NCBI GenBank assembly: GCA_051362555.1
Contig: JBPQGU010000016.1
Location: 2,976,001 to 3,040,000, forward strand
Source: Lingula anatina
Lineage: Eukaryota; Animalia; Brachiopoda
Direction: 5' to 3'
DNA length: 64,000 bases
Positions 27,087 to 40,077 of this stretch are shown piece by piece. Made by a program: the position numbers and the translations under genes. The notes under the pieces are model-generated. The model ran no database searches and had not been told where the DNA came from. It saw only the letters and a list, made by a program, of their open reading frames with translations. Position 1 is the stretch's first letter. Each line of letters starts with the position of its first letter.

Positions 27087-28233
27087 AGATGTATTAATGT
27101 TTTATGATGTTGTATATCAAGAAATAAAAATTAAAAATAAATTAATTGAAAAAATTATTTTTACTCCTGAATTTCAAAGATTAAAAAATATTTTTCAATT
27201 AGGTACAATTTCAATTCTTAGACCATCAACAAGACATACAAGATTTTCACATTCTTTAGGTGTTTATAAATTATTAGATCTTTTATTTAAAAAAAATGGT
27301 TTTAAAAATATTTCTGAAAAAGAAAAATTAGAAGTTAAAATTGCTGGTTTATTACATGATATTGGACATGGACCATTTTCACATAGTTTTGAAAATATAT
27401 GTTCGAATTTTAAACATGAAGAATATTCATGTTTAATTATTAAAAATAAAAGTGGACAAATTTTTAATTTATTAAAAGAACATAATTTAAATATTGATAG
27501 AATTTGTTCATTGATTAAAAATGAAACAAAAAATGATTGAGCTCAATCATTAATTTCTGGACAATTTGATTTTGATCGTTTAGATTATTTAATGAGAGAT
27601 CAATATTTTGTTGGTTTAAATTTTAGAAGTAGAAATATTTATTGATTAATGGAAAACATTAAATTAATTGATAATAAAATTGTATTTTTAGAAGATGCAC
27701 AATCATATTTAGAAAGTTATTTAATTTTTAGATTTTATATTTATAAAGATTTATTTTGAAATAAAAGAAATTTATTATTAGAAGGAATATTAAAGTCAAT
27801 TTTTGTAAGAATTAAAGATATAAAAAATATTGAAAAACATGATTTGGGATTTTTTAATTTTTTAATTAAAGATAAAAAAATTGAATCTAAAAATTTAATA
27901 AAGTTAGATGATATTGAATTACAAAATTTAATTAGAAAAATAAATAAAAATACACAAGATTTAATTTTAAAAAAATTAACTGATATTTTTGTTTTACCAA
28001 AAAAGAAATATGATGAATATTTTGTATTAAATAAGCCAAAAAATTTTTCAATTGAAGATGAAAGATATTTTAGATTTTCAATTCAAAGATTGATTAAAAT
28101 TTATGAAACTAAAAAAGATGAAATTTTATTTTTATTAAAAGATGGTTCTATTAAAAAAATGAGTGAAATTTCATTTTTTTTTAATAAAAATAAAATTAGC
28201 AAAGTTTTTCAAGAAATTTTTTTAAAAAAATAA
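27070..28233 (+). CDS. HD-domain phosphohydrolase (YwfO/SAMHD1-like dNTPase family)
   Basis: FQRLKNIFQLG, HTRFSHSLG, LLHDIGHGPFSH, DFDRLDYLMRD. Confidence 0.9.
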
Positions 28234-28265
28234 TTTATAATAATATATAAATCATTTAAATAATT

Positions 28266-29498
28266 ATGCATAAACATTTATATTTAGCATTAAATTCTGG
28301 ATCTAGTTCTATTAAGTTTCAATTATTAGAAAAAACAGAAAATAAATTTCTTGTTATTTGTAGTGGACTTGTTGAAAGAATTGGAATAGATGGTGGTCGT
28401 TTCATTTTAGAAGATAATAAAAAAAATAAAATAGTTATTGAAAAAGATATTAAAGATCATGAAGTTGGTATAAAATTAGCATTTGATACATTAATTGAAA
28501 AGAAAATATTAATTAATTTTAATGATATTAAAGGTGTTGGTCATAGAGTTGTACATGGTGGCAGAAAATATAGACAACCAGTTTTAGTAACTGAACAAGT
28601 TATTAAAGATTTAGAAAAAATGGTTGATTTATCTCCATTACATATTCCAGGTCATTTAGCTGTTATTAAAGCAATTAGATCTTTGTCAAATGTTGAAAAT
28701 GTAATTGTTTTTGATACAAATTTTCATAAAACAATTCCTCAAATTAATCATATTTATGCTTTACCATGAAAATGATATGAAGAATATGGAATTCAAAAAT
28801 ATGGTTTTCATGGAAGTAGTTATGAATACATTGTTAAAAAATTAACTGAAATTTATGGTAAAAAATCAAATTCTATTATTTGTCATCTTGGAAATGGTTC
28901 TTCAATTTCTGCAATTGAAAATGGTAAATCTATTGATACATCAATGGGATTTACAAAACTTAATGGTTTAATGATGGGAACTCGTTGTGGAAATATTGAT
29001 CCATCAATTCCACAATATATGTGTAAAAAATTAGGAATTTCAATTGATGAAATTACTAAAATTTTTTGAAAAGAATCTGGTTTTTTAGCTATTTCTGGTA
29101 TTTCATCAGATGGTAGAGATATTGAAGAAGCTGCAAAAAATGGAAATAAAAGAGCAAAATTATCATTAGATTTATATTCACAAAGATGTGCAAATTATAT
29201 TGTTGAATTTGCAAATAAATTGAAAAACAAAATTGATTATATTGTTTTTACAGCAGGAATTGGTGAAAATAGTAAATATTTAGTTAAAGATATTCTTTCA
29301 AGAATTTATATTTTAGATATTAAATTAAAAGATGATTTATTTGAATCAAAATCTGAAAAAAAAACAAAAGGTTATTTTTATTTAACAAAACCTGAATCAA
29401 AAATTCAAGTTATTATCATGAAAACTAATGAAGAATTAATTTTGGTTGAAACTGCAGAAAAAGTTATTATTAAAAATAATAATAACAATAATAATTAA
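28266..29498 (+). CDS. ackA: Acetate kinase
   Basis: [38 protein letters not shown]. Confidence 0.96.
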
Positions 29499-29552
29499 TT
29501 TATTTTTTAAGTAAAAATAAATTAATATTTTTAAATAGAAATTTTATTTATT

Positions 29553-31178
29553 ATGATTAATTCGAAAAAACAAATGTCAACTACTGGTTTTATACTTTCT
29601 GCAATTGGTGCAGCAGTTGGTTTAGGTAATATTTGAGGTTTTCCAACAAAGATGTTACAACATGGTGGTCCAGCATTTTTAATTCCATTTTTAATTGCAG
29701 TTCTTGTAATAGGTTTGCCATTATTAATTCTTGAAATTAATATGGGACATAAATGACGAAGAGCTCCAACAATTTTTTATAAACATTATTTAGGAAAACA
29801 TGGTTCTTCTTTTGCTTGATTTCAAGCAGGTATACAATTGCTTTTAGGAACTTATTATGCAATAATAATTGCATGAGTTTTATTGTCAATTTTTTCATCA
29901 TTTAAATTAAAATATGTTGTTGAAAATGATTTTATAAAAAAAATAATTGATGGTTCTTGATTTAACACAGATAAAAACAAAGCTATAACAAATGATTTAA
30001 CATTAAAAGGTCTTTTAATTAATCCAATTATATTTATTTTGTTTTTCTTTGTTATTTTGATGACAGGTATTGTTGTTTCACGTGGTTTAAAAGGTGGAAT
30101 TGAAAAAATAAATAAAATAATAATTCCAGCATTATTTGTGTTATTTATTGTTTTATTTATTTATACATTAACTTTAGAAGGAGCAAAAGATGGTATAAAC
30201 AAAATGTTTACACCAAATATTGAAAAATTAAAAAATGGTGCAGCATGAAGTTCAGGATTTAGTCAAGCAATTTTTACATTTTCTTTAGGTGTTTCAATTA
30301 TTATTATTTTTTCTGCTTCATCACCAAAATATAGTGATAACACAAATAAAGCAATTGTTATTGTTGTTGCAGATACAATGATTGCATTAATTGCATGTGC
30401 AATTATATCAAGTACATTAGGTGCATTGTCAAATAATACATATGGAAATGAAATTACAATTACTTCTGATAAGATTATTTCTAATAAAACAAATAAAGAA
30501 ATTGTTGGTGCATCAATTGTATTTGAAATATTTCCAAAATTATTTAATTTAATTAATCAAAAAGCAAGCGGATTAGGTACAACTATATCATTAATGTTTT
30601 ATGTAAGTGTATTTTTTGCAGCATTTTCATCAATGATAAGTTTAATTGAACCAACTGTTACAAATTTAGAACAAGGTAGAAAGATTGATAGAAAAAAAGC
30701 AGTGATAATTGCATGTTTTGTTCAATTTATTTTTGGATTAATTTATACAACAAAATTAAAAACATTTTTTAAAGAAACAACAAGTGATACATACATTGAT
30801 AAATTATTAATTCTTTCAATTATTATTTGATTGTCTATGATATTATTTTCTAAAAATTTTGTATTTATAAAAGAATTAATAAATCATAATAATGAAATTT
30901 CAATTTATAAAATAGGTAAAAAATTTATATTTATTTTATTTTGTTCTTTAATTATATTAATTACAATTTTTGTTTGAGGATGAGTAGATTTTGCATATGC
31001 AATAAATGATTCAACAAAAGATTTATATAAAATTACATGATGACAATGAACATTTTCATTAATTACATTTTTTGTACCATTTGCATTTTTAGTTTTTGTA
31101 TTAGGATATATTGATTTTTGAAAAAAAAGTTATATGAAATTTAAAGGATTTTTAAATAAAAAAATATGAAAGATATAG
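29553..31178 (+). CDS. Sodium-dependent transporter (NSS/SNF family)
   Basis: GAAVGLGNIWGFP...GGPAFL; about 12 TM helices. Confidence 0.92.
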
Positions 31179-31390
31179 GATTATTAGTTTTAATATCATT
31201 GATTTTTATTTTAGTCATAATTTTTATTATTACAATTATTGTTGAAAAAATTCAAATTAATAGAAAAAAAAGAATTGATATTGAAAAACATATTGAAAAA
31301 TTATTAAAAAAAAGTTATCAAGAATTATTAGAAGAAGAAAATAAAGATCTTAAACAATCTAAAAAAGAAATTTTTAAAAATAAAAAATAG
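31166..31390 (+). CDS. Small single-TM hypothetical protein
   Basis: N-terminal hydrophobic helix followed by a charged tail. Confidence 0.5.
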   Translation: MKDIGLLVLISLIFILVIIFIITIIVEKIQINRKKRIDIEKHIEKLLKKSYQELLEEENKDLKQSKKEIFKNKK

Positions 31391-31766
31391 TTTTATATAA
31401 AAAGTTTAATAAAGTTTCATCATCTAATTGAATTTTTACATCTTTTATTTCATAATCATTTAAAATGTTTTCATTATTTTTTAATTCAATTAAATTTTTA
31501 TTTAAAAATAATTGTTCTTCTTCTATTTGATATATAAAATTTGAATTTATAGTTTCTATTTTTTTAATTTTTTTATAATGTTCTTTTAATTTTACATTTT
31601 CTTTAGTTTTAAGAAATAATTTTTTATCATTATCAAAAAATTCATAAACAAATACTTTCCCAGTTATAAATTTTTTCTTTTTAATAAAATTTAACATTAA
31701 AATTAAAGAAATTATAATTATAAATATTAAAAAAATTGAAATAATATATTGTTTTTTAATGTTCAT
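31374..31766 (-). CDS. Single-TM accessory protein coupled to the C39 ABC exporter
   Basis: N-terminal TM; start overlaps the stop of the upstream peptidase-ABC gene. Confidence 0.6.
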   Translation of the reverse strand: MNIKKQYIISIFLIFIIIISLILMLNFIKKKKFITGKVFVYEFFDNDKKLFLKTKENVKLKEHYKKIKKIETINSNFIYQIEEEQLFLNKNLIELKNNENILNDYEIKDVKIQLDDETLLNFLYKTIFYF

Positions 31767-33783
31767 TTAAATTAATTTGATGTTTGAATATATTTTTTAA
31801 ATTATTATTGTGTGTTGAAAATAATATTAATTTATTTTTATTATTTTTAATAAAATAATTTAATATTTCTTTTGCAAAATTACTAGGAAGTGAATTTAAA
31901 CATTCATCTAATAAAATAATTTTTGAATTTGTAAAAAATAAAGATAAGAAAATAATTAGTTGTTTTTGACCATTACTTAAGTTTTCATTTTTTATTTGAT
32001 TTAAAAGATTTAAATTTATTTTTTTTAATCATAAATTTAATTTTAAATCATTAAATTTTTTTAATTTAATTTCATTAATTTCAAAATTTAAAATATTTTC
32101 AATTATAGAACCATCATATAATTTTGAGTTACTATTTAAAAAAATTATTTCTTTTTTAAAAATATTTTTATTTTTAATATCAATATCATTTATTTTAATT
32201 GTTCCAATTTTTGTTTTTATTTCTCCATAAATTAATTGTAATAATGTTGTTTTACCAGTTCCAGATCTACCATTTATTAATGTATTTTGATTTATTAAAA
32301 TATTTTTATTTTTATTTCAAATTAAATTATTTTTTACAAATTCAAAATTTAAATTTTCTATTTTAATTTCATTTTTATTAATTTTATTTAATTTCATTTT
32401 TGTTATTTCTTCTTTTTTATTAATTAAAAATGGGTTTAATATATTTTTTAATTTTTTAATTTTTATTCATTCATTATAAGTAGAAAAGAATATTAAATTT
32501 TTATCAATAATACTTTTTGTAATTGAAATTAAAAAAAGAAACAAACCAACACTTATTTTATTAGAAGTTAATTTTATAATTGCATATATAATCAACATTT
32601 TGATTAAAAATTTGATTGTATTTATTAAAGATGTTGTATAAATTTGTAATGAGTTTTCCTTTTTATTATTTTTTAAAATTTCATCAAAGTTTTTATGTAT
32701 TTTTTCATTTATATTAAAATCAATGTTTCTTCTTTTTAAATCATTTTGATTTTTTAAAAAATTTATAAAATTTATTGAAAATGTTTTTTCATTTTCAATT
32801 TTTTTTTGATGTAAATTTTTAAAAAATGGAAATATAAAAACAAAAATAATTAAATACATAATTGTAAAAATTAATATTAAAAAAACTATTCAATAATTAA
32901 AGAAAAATAGTATTATTGTTGAAATGATTATAAAAAATAAATTATGAAAAATATTTATTAAATTTGGAAAATAAAAATTAATTATTTGATTAAAGTATTT
33001 ATATTTTTCTAGTATTAAACCTATAGAATATTTTTTAAAATCTATATATTCTAAAAACTTTATTCTTTGAAAGAATAATAAATTTCATTTTTTTTTATAT
33101 ATTATTTCTGTTTTAAATTTTAATTTTTCAAATATTATATTAATTATTAAATTTGTTAAAAATAATAAAATAAATGTAAAAAAAATTATAAATATTTGTG
33201 AATTTATTTTTTTTATTAAAATTTCATCAACAATTATTTTTATTAAAAACTGCAATAAAATATTTAAAATTGTTGAAAAAATACTAATTGATAATAAACA
33301 AATAATTGGAAATGTTATTTTTTGTAAAAAATTTAATTTTAACTTTTCTTTTAAAAGTTCATTTAATGAAAATTTGTTTGGATTACTAATTAATACTATA
33401 TTTGTATATATTTTTTTTAATTCATTTTCATTTATTCATTCAACATCTTCATTTGTTGGATTTGCTATTAGATATTTTTTATTATTTTTTTTAAAAATAA
33501 CTATAAAATGATATCCAAATTTATTTTGTGTTTGACATATTATTGGATTTGTAATTTTTTCTGTTTTAAATTCTTTTCAATTAACAAAATATGAAACTAA
33601 ATTAACATTTAGTTTATTTGCTAATTCTTCAATTTCTAATAAATTTAAATCTTGATAGTATTTTGTATCTTTTAATAATTGAAAATAATTTAAATTATTT
33701 TTATGAAAATATTCTGATATCATTGCAACACATGCAATTGAACAATCTCAATTATTTTGTTGTTTTAAAAACTTAATATACAT
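31756..33783 (-). CDS. Peptidase C39-containing ABC exporter (PCAT, bacteriocin-exporter type)
   Basis: QQNNWDCSIAC, GYHFIV, IANP in the N-terminus; TM domain; GRSGTGKT, LSNGQ, FLDE, STH. Confidence 0.85.
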
Positions 33784-33869
33784 ATTAATTTAATTAGTTT
33801 TTTAAATTGTTATTTACTTTATTTTTTTTAAAAAAATATATATTATAATTAAGATAGATTAGACAATAT

Positions 33870-34178
33870 ATGAACAAAGTTATTAAATTAAAAAATAAAA
33901 AACAAGAAATAATTTTAAATAAAAAAATTAAAAATTTAGAAAAAAAAATTAAAATAATTGAAGAAAAAATTAAAATTGAAATTAAAAATAAAAATGATAC
34001 AAAAAAAATTGAAAAATATAACAAAAATAAAGAACTTTTAAAAAAAGAATTAAATTATATTAACAAAGATTTAACTGATTTTAAAAGTAAATATAAAAAT
34101 AATTTTATATTTACTTTTATATGATTTTGTATGATTTTAATTGTTGGTTTAATATTTTTGATAAATTTTTTATTTTAA
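33870..34178 (+). CDS. Coiled-coil protein with C-terminal TM
   Basis: K/E-rich helix, then hydrophobic tail read through TGA. Confidence 0.5.
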
Positions 34179-34240
34179 AATATAAAAAAATATTTTAAAT
34201 TAAATATATTTTTATTTTTAATTTATAAATTTATATTATT

Positions 34241-35041
34241 ATGAAAAAAATTTTTATTAAATTATTTTTTATTTTTCTTTTTACAACAATAATTGTTATT
34301 TTAACTGGTTATTTGTTTAATACAAATTCAAGTGTTCAATATTATAATCGAAACGAAAAATTAGATTTGAACTTAAAAGAATTTTATAAAGTTGTTAATA
34401 ATGAATATGAAAAAATACAACAAAAAAATAAAGAAGATAATTTAAATTTGGAATATTTATTGGTTTTTAAATGAAAAAAAGATGATTCTTTTGAACTTGT
34501 TCATGATCAAAAAGGAAATAAACATAGTATAAGTATAGATAAAGATATTGCTTTGGATATATTTGCTAAAAGTGTTTTAAAATGAATAGGAAAATCTGAA
34601 AAATTTAAAGGTTTTTTAATTGTACACAATCATCCACCAACAAGTGATGAAACTAGTTATAGTGCATTGTTACCAAGTGATGCAGATAAAAAAAGTTTTG
34701 AAATCTTCAAAAAATGAACTAGTACAATAGATTCATTTATTTTTAAAAATGATTATGAAAATGAAGGTATTTTTTCAACAGCACAAAATATAGGATATCA
34801 AACATTTATTGGTTATTTAAAATCATTAATTGAATCCAATTTTATTGTTTATAGATTGAAATCAATAATACCATCAATTTTAGTTACATTATTTTTTGTA
34901 TTAATTTTTTATTTAATAAAAAATAGAAATAAAATATCAAAAAATAATAATTTACCAAAAAATAATAATTCAATAAATAAACAAAAAGAATTAGATGAAT
35001 GATCTAAAAAATATGATGAGTATTTAAAAAAACAAGAATAG
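34241..35041 (+). CDS. Membrane protein with JAB/MPN (JAMM)-like motif
   Basis: N- and C-terminal TM helices flanking LEYLLV...LIVHNHPP...LLPSDAD. Confidence 0.6.
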
Positions 35042-35194
35042 TTTTATAAATTTATTCATTTATATATAATTTTAATTTTTTCTTTATTCTTTTAATGTCA
35101 TCTTTTATTTTCTTACTTTCTTTTTTAGTATTTTTTAAAATAATTAAGTTTTTAATATTTTAAAAGAAACTGAATAATAATATAGATATATTTT

Positions 35195-36436
35195 TTAATT
35201 TTCAGGTATATTTAAATAACTTATTAATGGATGTATTTCAGAAACTTGTTCTAATGCTTTTGTCGCTATTGTTTTTAATGTATCTTTTTTATCATCAGTA
35301 GTAATATCAAAATTTTCATTATTTCATGTTTCAATATTATGAATCAAAAACTTTTCAGTATTTGTAGCTATATTAGTATATCAATTAGTATTTTTTTTAG
35401 CTCATTTTACAATAGATTTTCATTTAGTTTTATCATGAATAACTGTATTTAAAGTAGATATATCATTATCTTTTCATGTTTTGGCAAGTTGAAAGAATGA
35501 AATGATGTCTTTTTGTTCTTTTATACGATTTTTTATAATTCTTTTAACTTTTGCTTTATCAGTTTTTTTATCTATTTCTTTTAATATTGGAATTAGTTTG
35601 TAAATTTCTTCTATTGCTTTTGCTGAAATTCTTTGTAAAGTTAATTTTACATTTAATTCTTTTGCTTTTGGATCTGTAATACTATCATCTAAAATACTAT
35701 TCATTATTTCTTTTTCAAAAGCACTTGCATTTGAGTTATATCAATTTTCATCTCCTTTAGCAAAATTTACAATAGATTTTCATTTAGAAATGTCATTTGT
35801 TTTATTGAATATTAGTGAATTAAAATCACCTTGATTAATTTGTGCTTCTTTTCATTTTGTTGCAAAATCATGTATTTCAAATCAATTATTATAATGTTTT
35901 GATAATAATTTATTGTTATTTTCCAAATACTTGCTAAGAACTTCTTTTAGTTTATTTGAATCAAATAATGGAATAATTGAAACAATTTGAGATTTGAATT
36001 GTTCTGCAAGAATTTTTAATTGATTTTTATTTCTATTTGCTTCTTCATCTGTAATTTTTTCATCTAAAATATGATCAACTAAAATTTTTCTAGATGAATC
36101 TGAATTATAAAATTCACTTTCTTGTTTAATTGAATCAGCAATAATTTTTCAGTTTAAAATATCTCTTTTTTTATTAAATGATAATTCAGATAATCGTTCT
36201 ACATGTCAATTGTGAGCAAGTCTAATAGTGTTTCCAATTAATTTAAGATTATTTAATCATTTGTCACTTGGTTTATAATTTTCTTTTTGTATTATTTTTT
36301 CTAATTCTTTTGATATTTTAGTTTCTTGATTATTATTTTTAACAACACCATAAATTCCTAAACCAAGTGCTGTTGTAGCAATGAAAGAAATAGCTATAAT
36401 TGATGTTATTTTAATTTTCTTTTTATTGTAATTCAT
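35195..36436 (-). CDS. N-anchored surface protein (~413 aa) with three ~125-aa helical repeats
   Basis: TM ISFIATTALGLGIYGVV; repeats DILNWKIIADSIK / DISKWKSIVNFAK / DKTKWKSIVKWAK. Confidence 0.75.
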
Positions 36437-36929
36437 GTTTTTTTATTTCTTTTTCTTTTTATATATAGTTTATATATAGATTTAATATAAGTAATTATAC
36501 AAAAAAATTTTATATTGTATTTTGAAAGAATATAGGGGTTTTGTTTTTTGTAAATTAAAAAGTATAATAAAAAAAATTCTTAAACAAAAAAAACAAAAAA
36601 AAGAATTAGAAAACTCCATTAATAATTTAAATGAAATAATCATACACGATAAATTATAACAAAAAAATTATTAAAGAAAAATATTTTAATATAATTTAAG
36701 TTATCTTGTGAGAATTAATATATAAAGGGTTTAATGATTGTCTCCAATAATTATTTTTTTTGTAATGAAGAAATTGGAATATAAAATATTTGTGAATATT
36801 ATTGTAATTTAAAATATTATTGTAATTGTGTTGTAAAAGTAAAACATAATATAAAAATTTAATAAATTAAACAAATTTACAAAGTAAATTAAATACAGAA
36901 AAAAATTTAATTCATTAAATAAAATAAAT

Positions 36930-36963
36930 ATGAATAAAATAAATGTTATTGATTTATTTTTAA
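36930..36963 (+). pseudogene. 5' remnant of a C5 DNA methyltransferase (MNKINVIDLF)
   Basis: Nearly identical to the first ~30 nt of the MTase at 40078. Confidence 0.55.
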
Positions 36964-37011
36964 ATTATTTGTTATTTTTAAAATTTTATTTTATTGATAA
37001 AATTAAATTGA

Positions 37012-37929
37012 ATGAAAATAAAATTATTTAAAGAATTAAATAAAATCAATTTTTATTTAAAAAATGATTCAATAAATGCTATTGCAAAATTTGATTTTGA
37101 AAATAAAGAATTTAAAATTTTAAAAAATAGTAGATTTTTAACAGAAAATTATTCAGAAAAATTATTAAAAGAAAAAATTCATTTTATTCAATTAAAAAAA
37201 AATCTAAAAGAAATAACTAAAATAAATTATTTAAAATGTTTAAAAAAAGTAAAAAATATTTTTGATTTTTTATGTAAAAAAGAAATAATTATTTTACAAA
37301 ATAATAATTATTTTTTTAACCATAATTATATTTTTGATAAAACAACAATAGCTACAATGATTTTTTTTGGTTATAAAAAACATGAATATATACATTATGA
37401 AAATTTTTGAAAAGATAAACATAATAATAAATTAAAATATTATTTAAATGCATTTAAAAAAGAATCAAAGATTTTTAACAATACTGAAGAAAAAAAATAT
37501 CAAGATTTAAATGAAATAAATATTTCTTATAAAGAATCAATAAAAAAATATAAATTTAGAATAAACCAATATTTATTGAGAGAAAAGCTTTTAGAAAAAT
37601 ATAATCAAAAATGTTTATTTTCTAATATAGATATTGTTGATGTTTTAGAAGTTGCACATATTAAAGGTGTAAGTGATTATAATGATGAAGAAAACATTAA
37701 TGATATAAAAAACTCAATTTTGATTAGTTGTTTTTTTCATAAATTATTAGATAGTGGATTAATTTCTTTTGATGAAAATTATAATATTATTTTTTCTTCA
37801 AAATTATATAAAAATCAAATTAAAATTATTAAAAATTGTATCAAAAATAAAGAATATTCAAAAATTTTAAAGAAAAACATTGATTTTAAATATATTGAAT
37901 ATCATAGAAATAATATTTTTCAAAAATAG
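37012..37929 (+). CDS. DUF4357(RAMA-like)-HNH endonuclease
   Basis: N-terminal FYLK..INAIAKF...FKILKNS...YIFDKTTIATMIFFG...WKDK; C-terminal RINQ..LREKLLEKYNQKC...EVAHIK...NSILIS..FHKLLDSGLISFD. Confidence 0.8.
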
Positions 37930-37939
37930 ATATTTTTAA

Positions 37940-38425
37940 TTATGTTTTTATTTTTTTATTTTTTTTTGATCTTTAGATTTTAAAATTTTGATTATCTAAT
38001 TAAATATTATTTTTACATAATTCGTTGTTTTTTATAAAATTCTTTTTAAAAATATTTAAATTTTGATTTATGTCTTTTATTAAAATTTCTAATAAGATAA
38101 TATTATTTTTTATTTATTTAATTTTTAAAACGCCAATATCTTTTAAAATTTAATTTTTAAAAACTTTATTTTCTTTTAACATGAAAGTTTTAAAAATATC
38201 GTTTTCTTTTTTTCTTGTTTCTTGTTTTTTATTATTTTTTGAAATTTTATTCATTATTTTATTAAATTTTTTGTTATTTTCTTTTTTGGATTTAAAAAAT
38301 ATTTTTCTATTATAATTTCATTTTTTATCTAATTTCATTATAAAGTTTATACAAAATACAAACATTAAAAATATTAATATGATGATTGGTAATAATATTG
38401 AAAGTATAATTTTTAATTCATTCAT
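37940..38425 (-). pseudogene. TM/coiled-coil protein interrupted by an in-frame TAA at 38150; paralog of 45583-45972
   Basis: MNELKIILSILLPIIILIF...KLDKKWNYNRKIFFKSKKENNKKFN; reading frame continues after the stop. Confidence 0.5.
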
Positions 38426-38554
38426 TTCTTTAAAAATCTCATTTTTTATATTTATTATTATTTTATTATTTTTTATTTTTTAAAAAAATAAAAATTTAAA
38501 ATTTAAATAAAATAAATGTTTTTATAAAGACAAAAATAACAACAAATGAATTTA

Positions 38555-38849
38555 AAATAAATTAATTTTTATTAAGAGAAAAACTTTTATAAAAGTATAA
38601 TAGACAATGTTTATTTTTTAATATAGATATTTTTAATTTTAATTATGTGTTTTTTTTATAAATTATTAGATAGAGTATTAATTTCTTTTGATAAAAATTA
38701 TAATATTATTTTTTTCTTTAAAGTTATTTAAATATCAAATTAAAATTATTAAAAATTATATAAAAAATAAAGAATATTTAAAAATTTTAAATTAAAATAT
38801 TGGTTTTAAATATATTTAATATCATAGAAATAATATATTTAAAAATTAG
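38555..38849 (+). pseudogene. Degraded copy of the 3' HNH-coding half of 37012-37929
   Basis: Collinear similarity to 37560-37929 with a deletion and stop codons. Confidence 0.75.
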
Positions 38850-38931
38850 TTTTTATTTTTAAAACAAATAAAATAATAATATATTATTAAGTTATATAAA
38901 GGTATAAATGTAATAATAAAGGAGAAATATA

Positions 38932-39297
38932 ATGAATAATGAATTAAAGATCATTGAAGATTTTTTTGAAACAACATATGGTTGGATGGTAATAGGTATA
39001 ATTATTGGTATTTCATTTTCTTTAGGACTTTTACTTTCATATTTAGGTGGTAAATCTATTTCTTGTAAAAGTTGTTTTTGAAAATTAATGTTTGGTTGAA
39101 TACTTTCTGGATTTATTTTTGGTTTAATTTTAACTATTATTGGTTATAAAATTCAAATTAAAAATTCAAATAAATTAGATGTAAAAATAGCTGATAGAAG
39201 AACAAAAGAATATAAAGAATGAAGTAAGAAACATAATAAAAAAACAAGTAAAAAAAATTTAGATAAATCAAGCAAAAATTTAGAAGACATAAGTTAA
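38932..39297 (+). CDS. Small 2-TM membrane protein; paralog of 62997-63308
   Basis: AAAGGAG RBS; LSYLGGK...FWKLMFGWILSGFIFGLIL. Confidence 0.7.
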
Positions 39298-39333
39298 AAA
39301 AATAAATAAAATTATATTAAATAAAAATTTAAT

Positions 39334-39939
39334 TTAATCTGTTTTATTAATTTTTAATTGTATTAGTTTTATTCTTTCTTTATCTTTTGTATTAAATATA
39401 TGTTCTAAATTATTATTTTTTTCAAATAATTTGATTCAAGTGTTTATACAAGATGAAAAAAGTTCAAAAACATCATTTTCATTTAGACTTGATTTATTTT
39501 CAATTTTTGCATTATGTTCACAAATTTGATTTCTTATTATTTTTATTATTTCAAACATATGTAATATTAAATCATTATCAGTTTTATTTAAAAATGGTAT
39601 TTTTTGAATATCTTTCTTTTGTTTTCCATCAAATGATAATAATAAAAAATTATGTGTTATTAATCCATTTAATGTATTTAAATCTTGATTTTTTTCTGAT
39701 GTATTTAAAAATATTTTGTGTTCTTTTAATTCAATTGTTTTTTCATAATGTATTAAATATCCATTGATTTGATTTGTACAACCTGGTTTAAATTTAGCAA
39801 TAAATGTATTGGTAGAATAACAATGTTTACATTTTATTTTTATTATTGAAAATGTATCTCTTTTTAATGTTTTTCCGCTTTTATATTTACATGGAAAATT
39901 ACTATTTTTTTTACAATTAAAACATTTTCATACAAACAT
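39334..39939 (-). CDS. Zn-ribbon plus HEPN-like protein
   Basis: CFNC...CKHC in the N-terminus; IRNQICEH (Rx5H) in the helical C-terminus; 201 aa. Confidence 0.6.
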
Positions 39940-40077
39940 ATTTTTTATATATTTATAATATATTTTTTTTAATAAAAAATAAAAAAATATTATTTTTAAT
40001 ATATTTTTTCAAATATTAATTTTGTATTTTTTTATTTTCTTTTTACTTATTAATGCATAATATTATAAAAAAAGAAA

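Noticed and set aside
29479-29498. (AAT/AAC)n at the ackA 3' end
   Set aside because: Short in-frame tail; no switch potential
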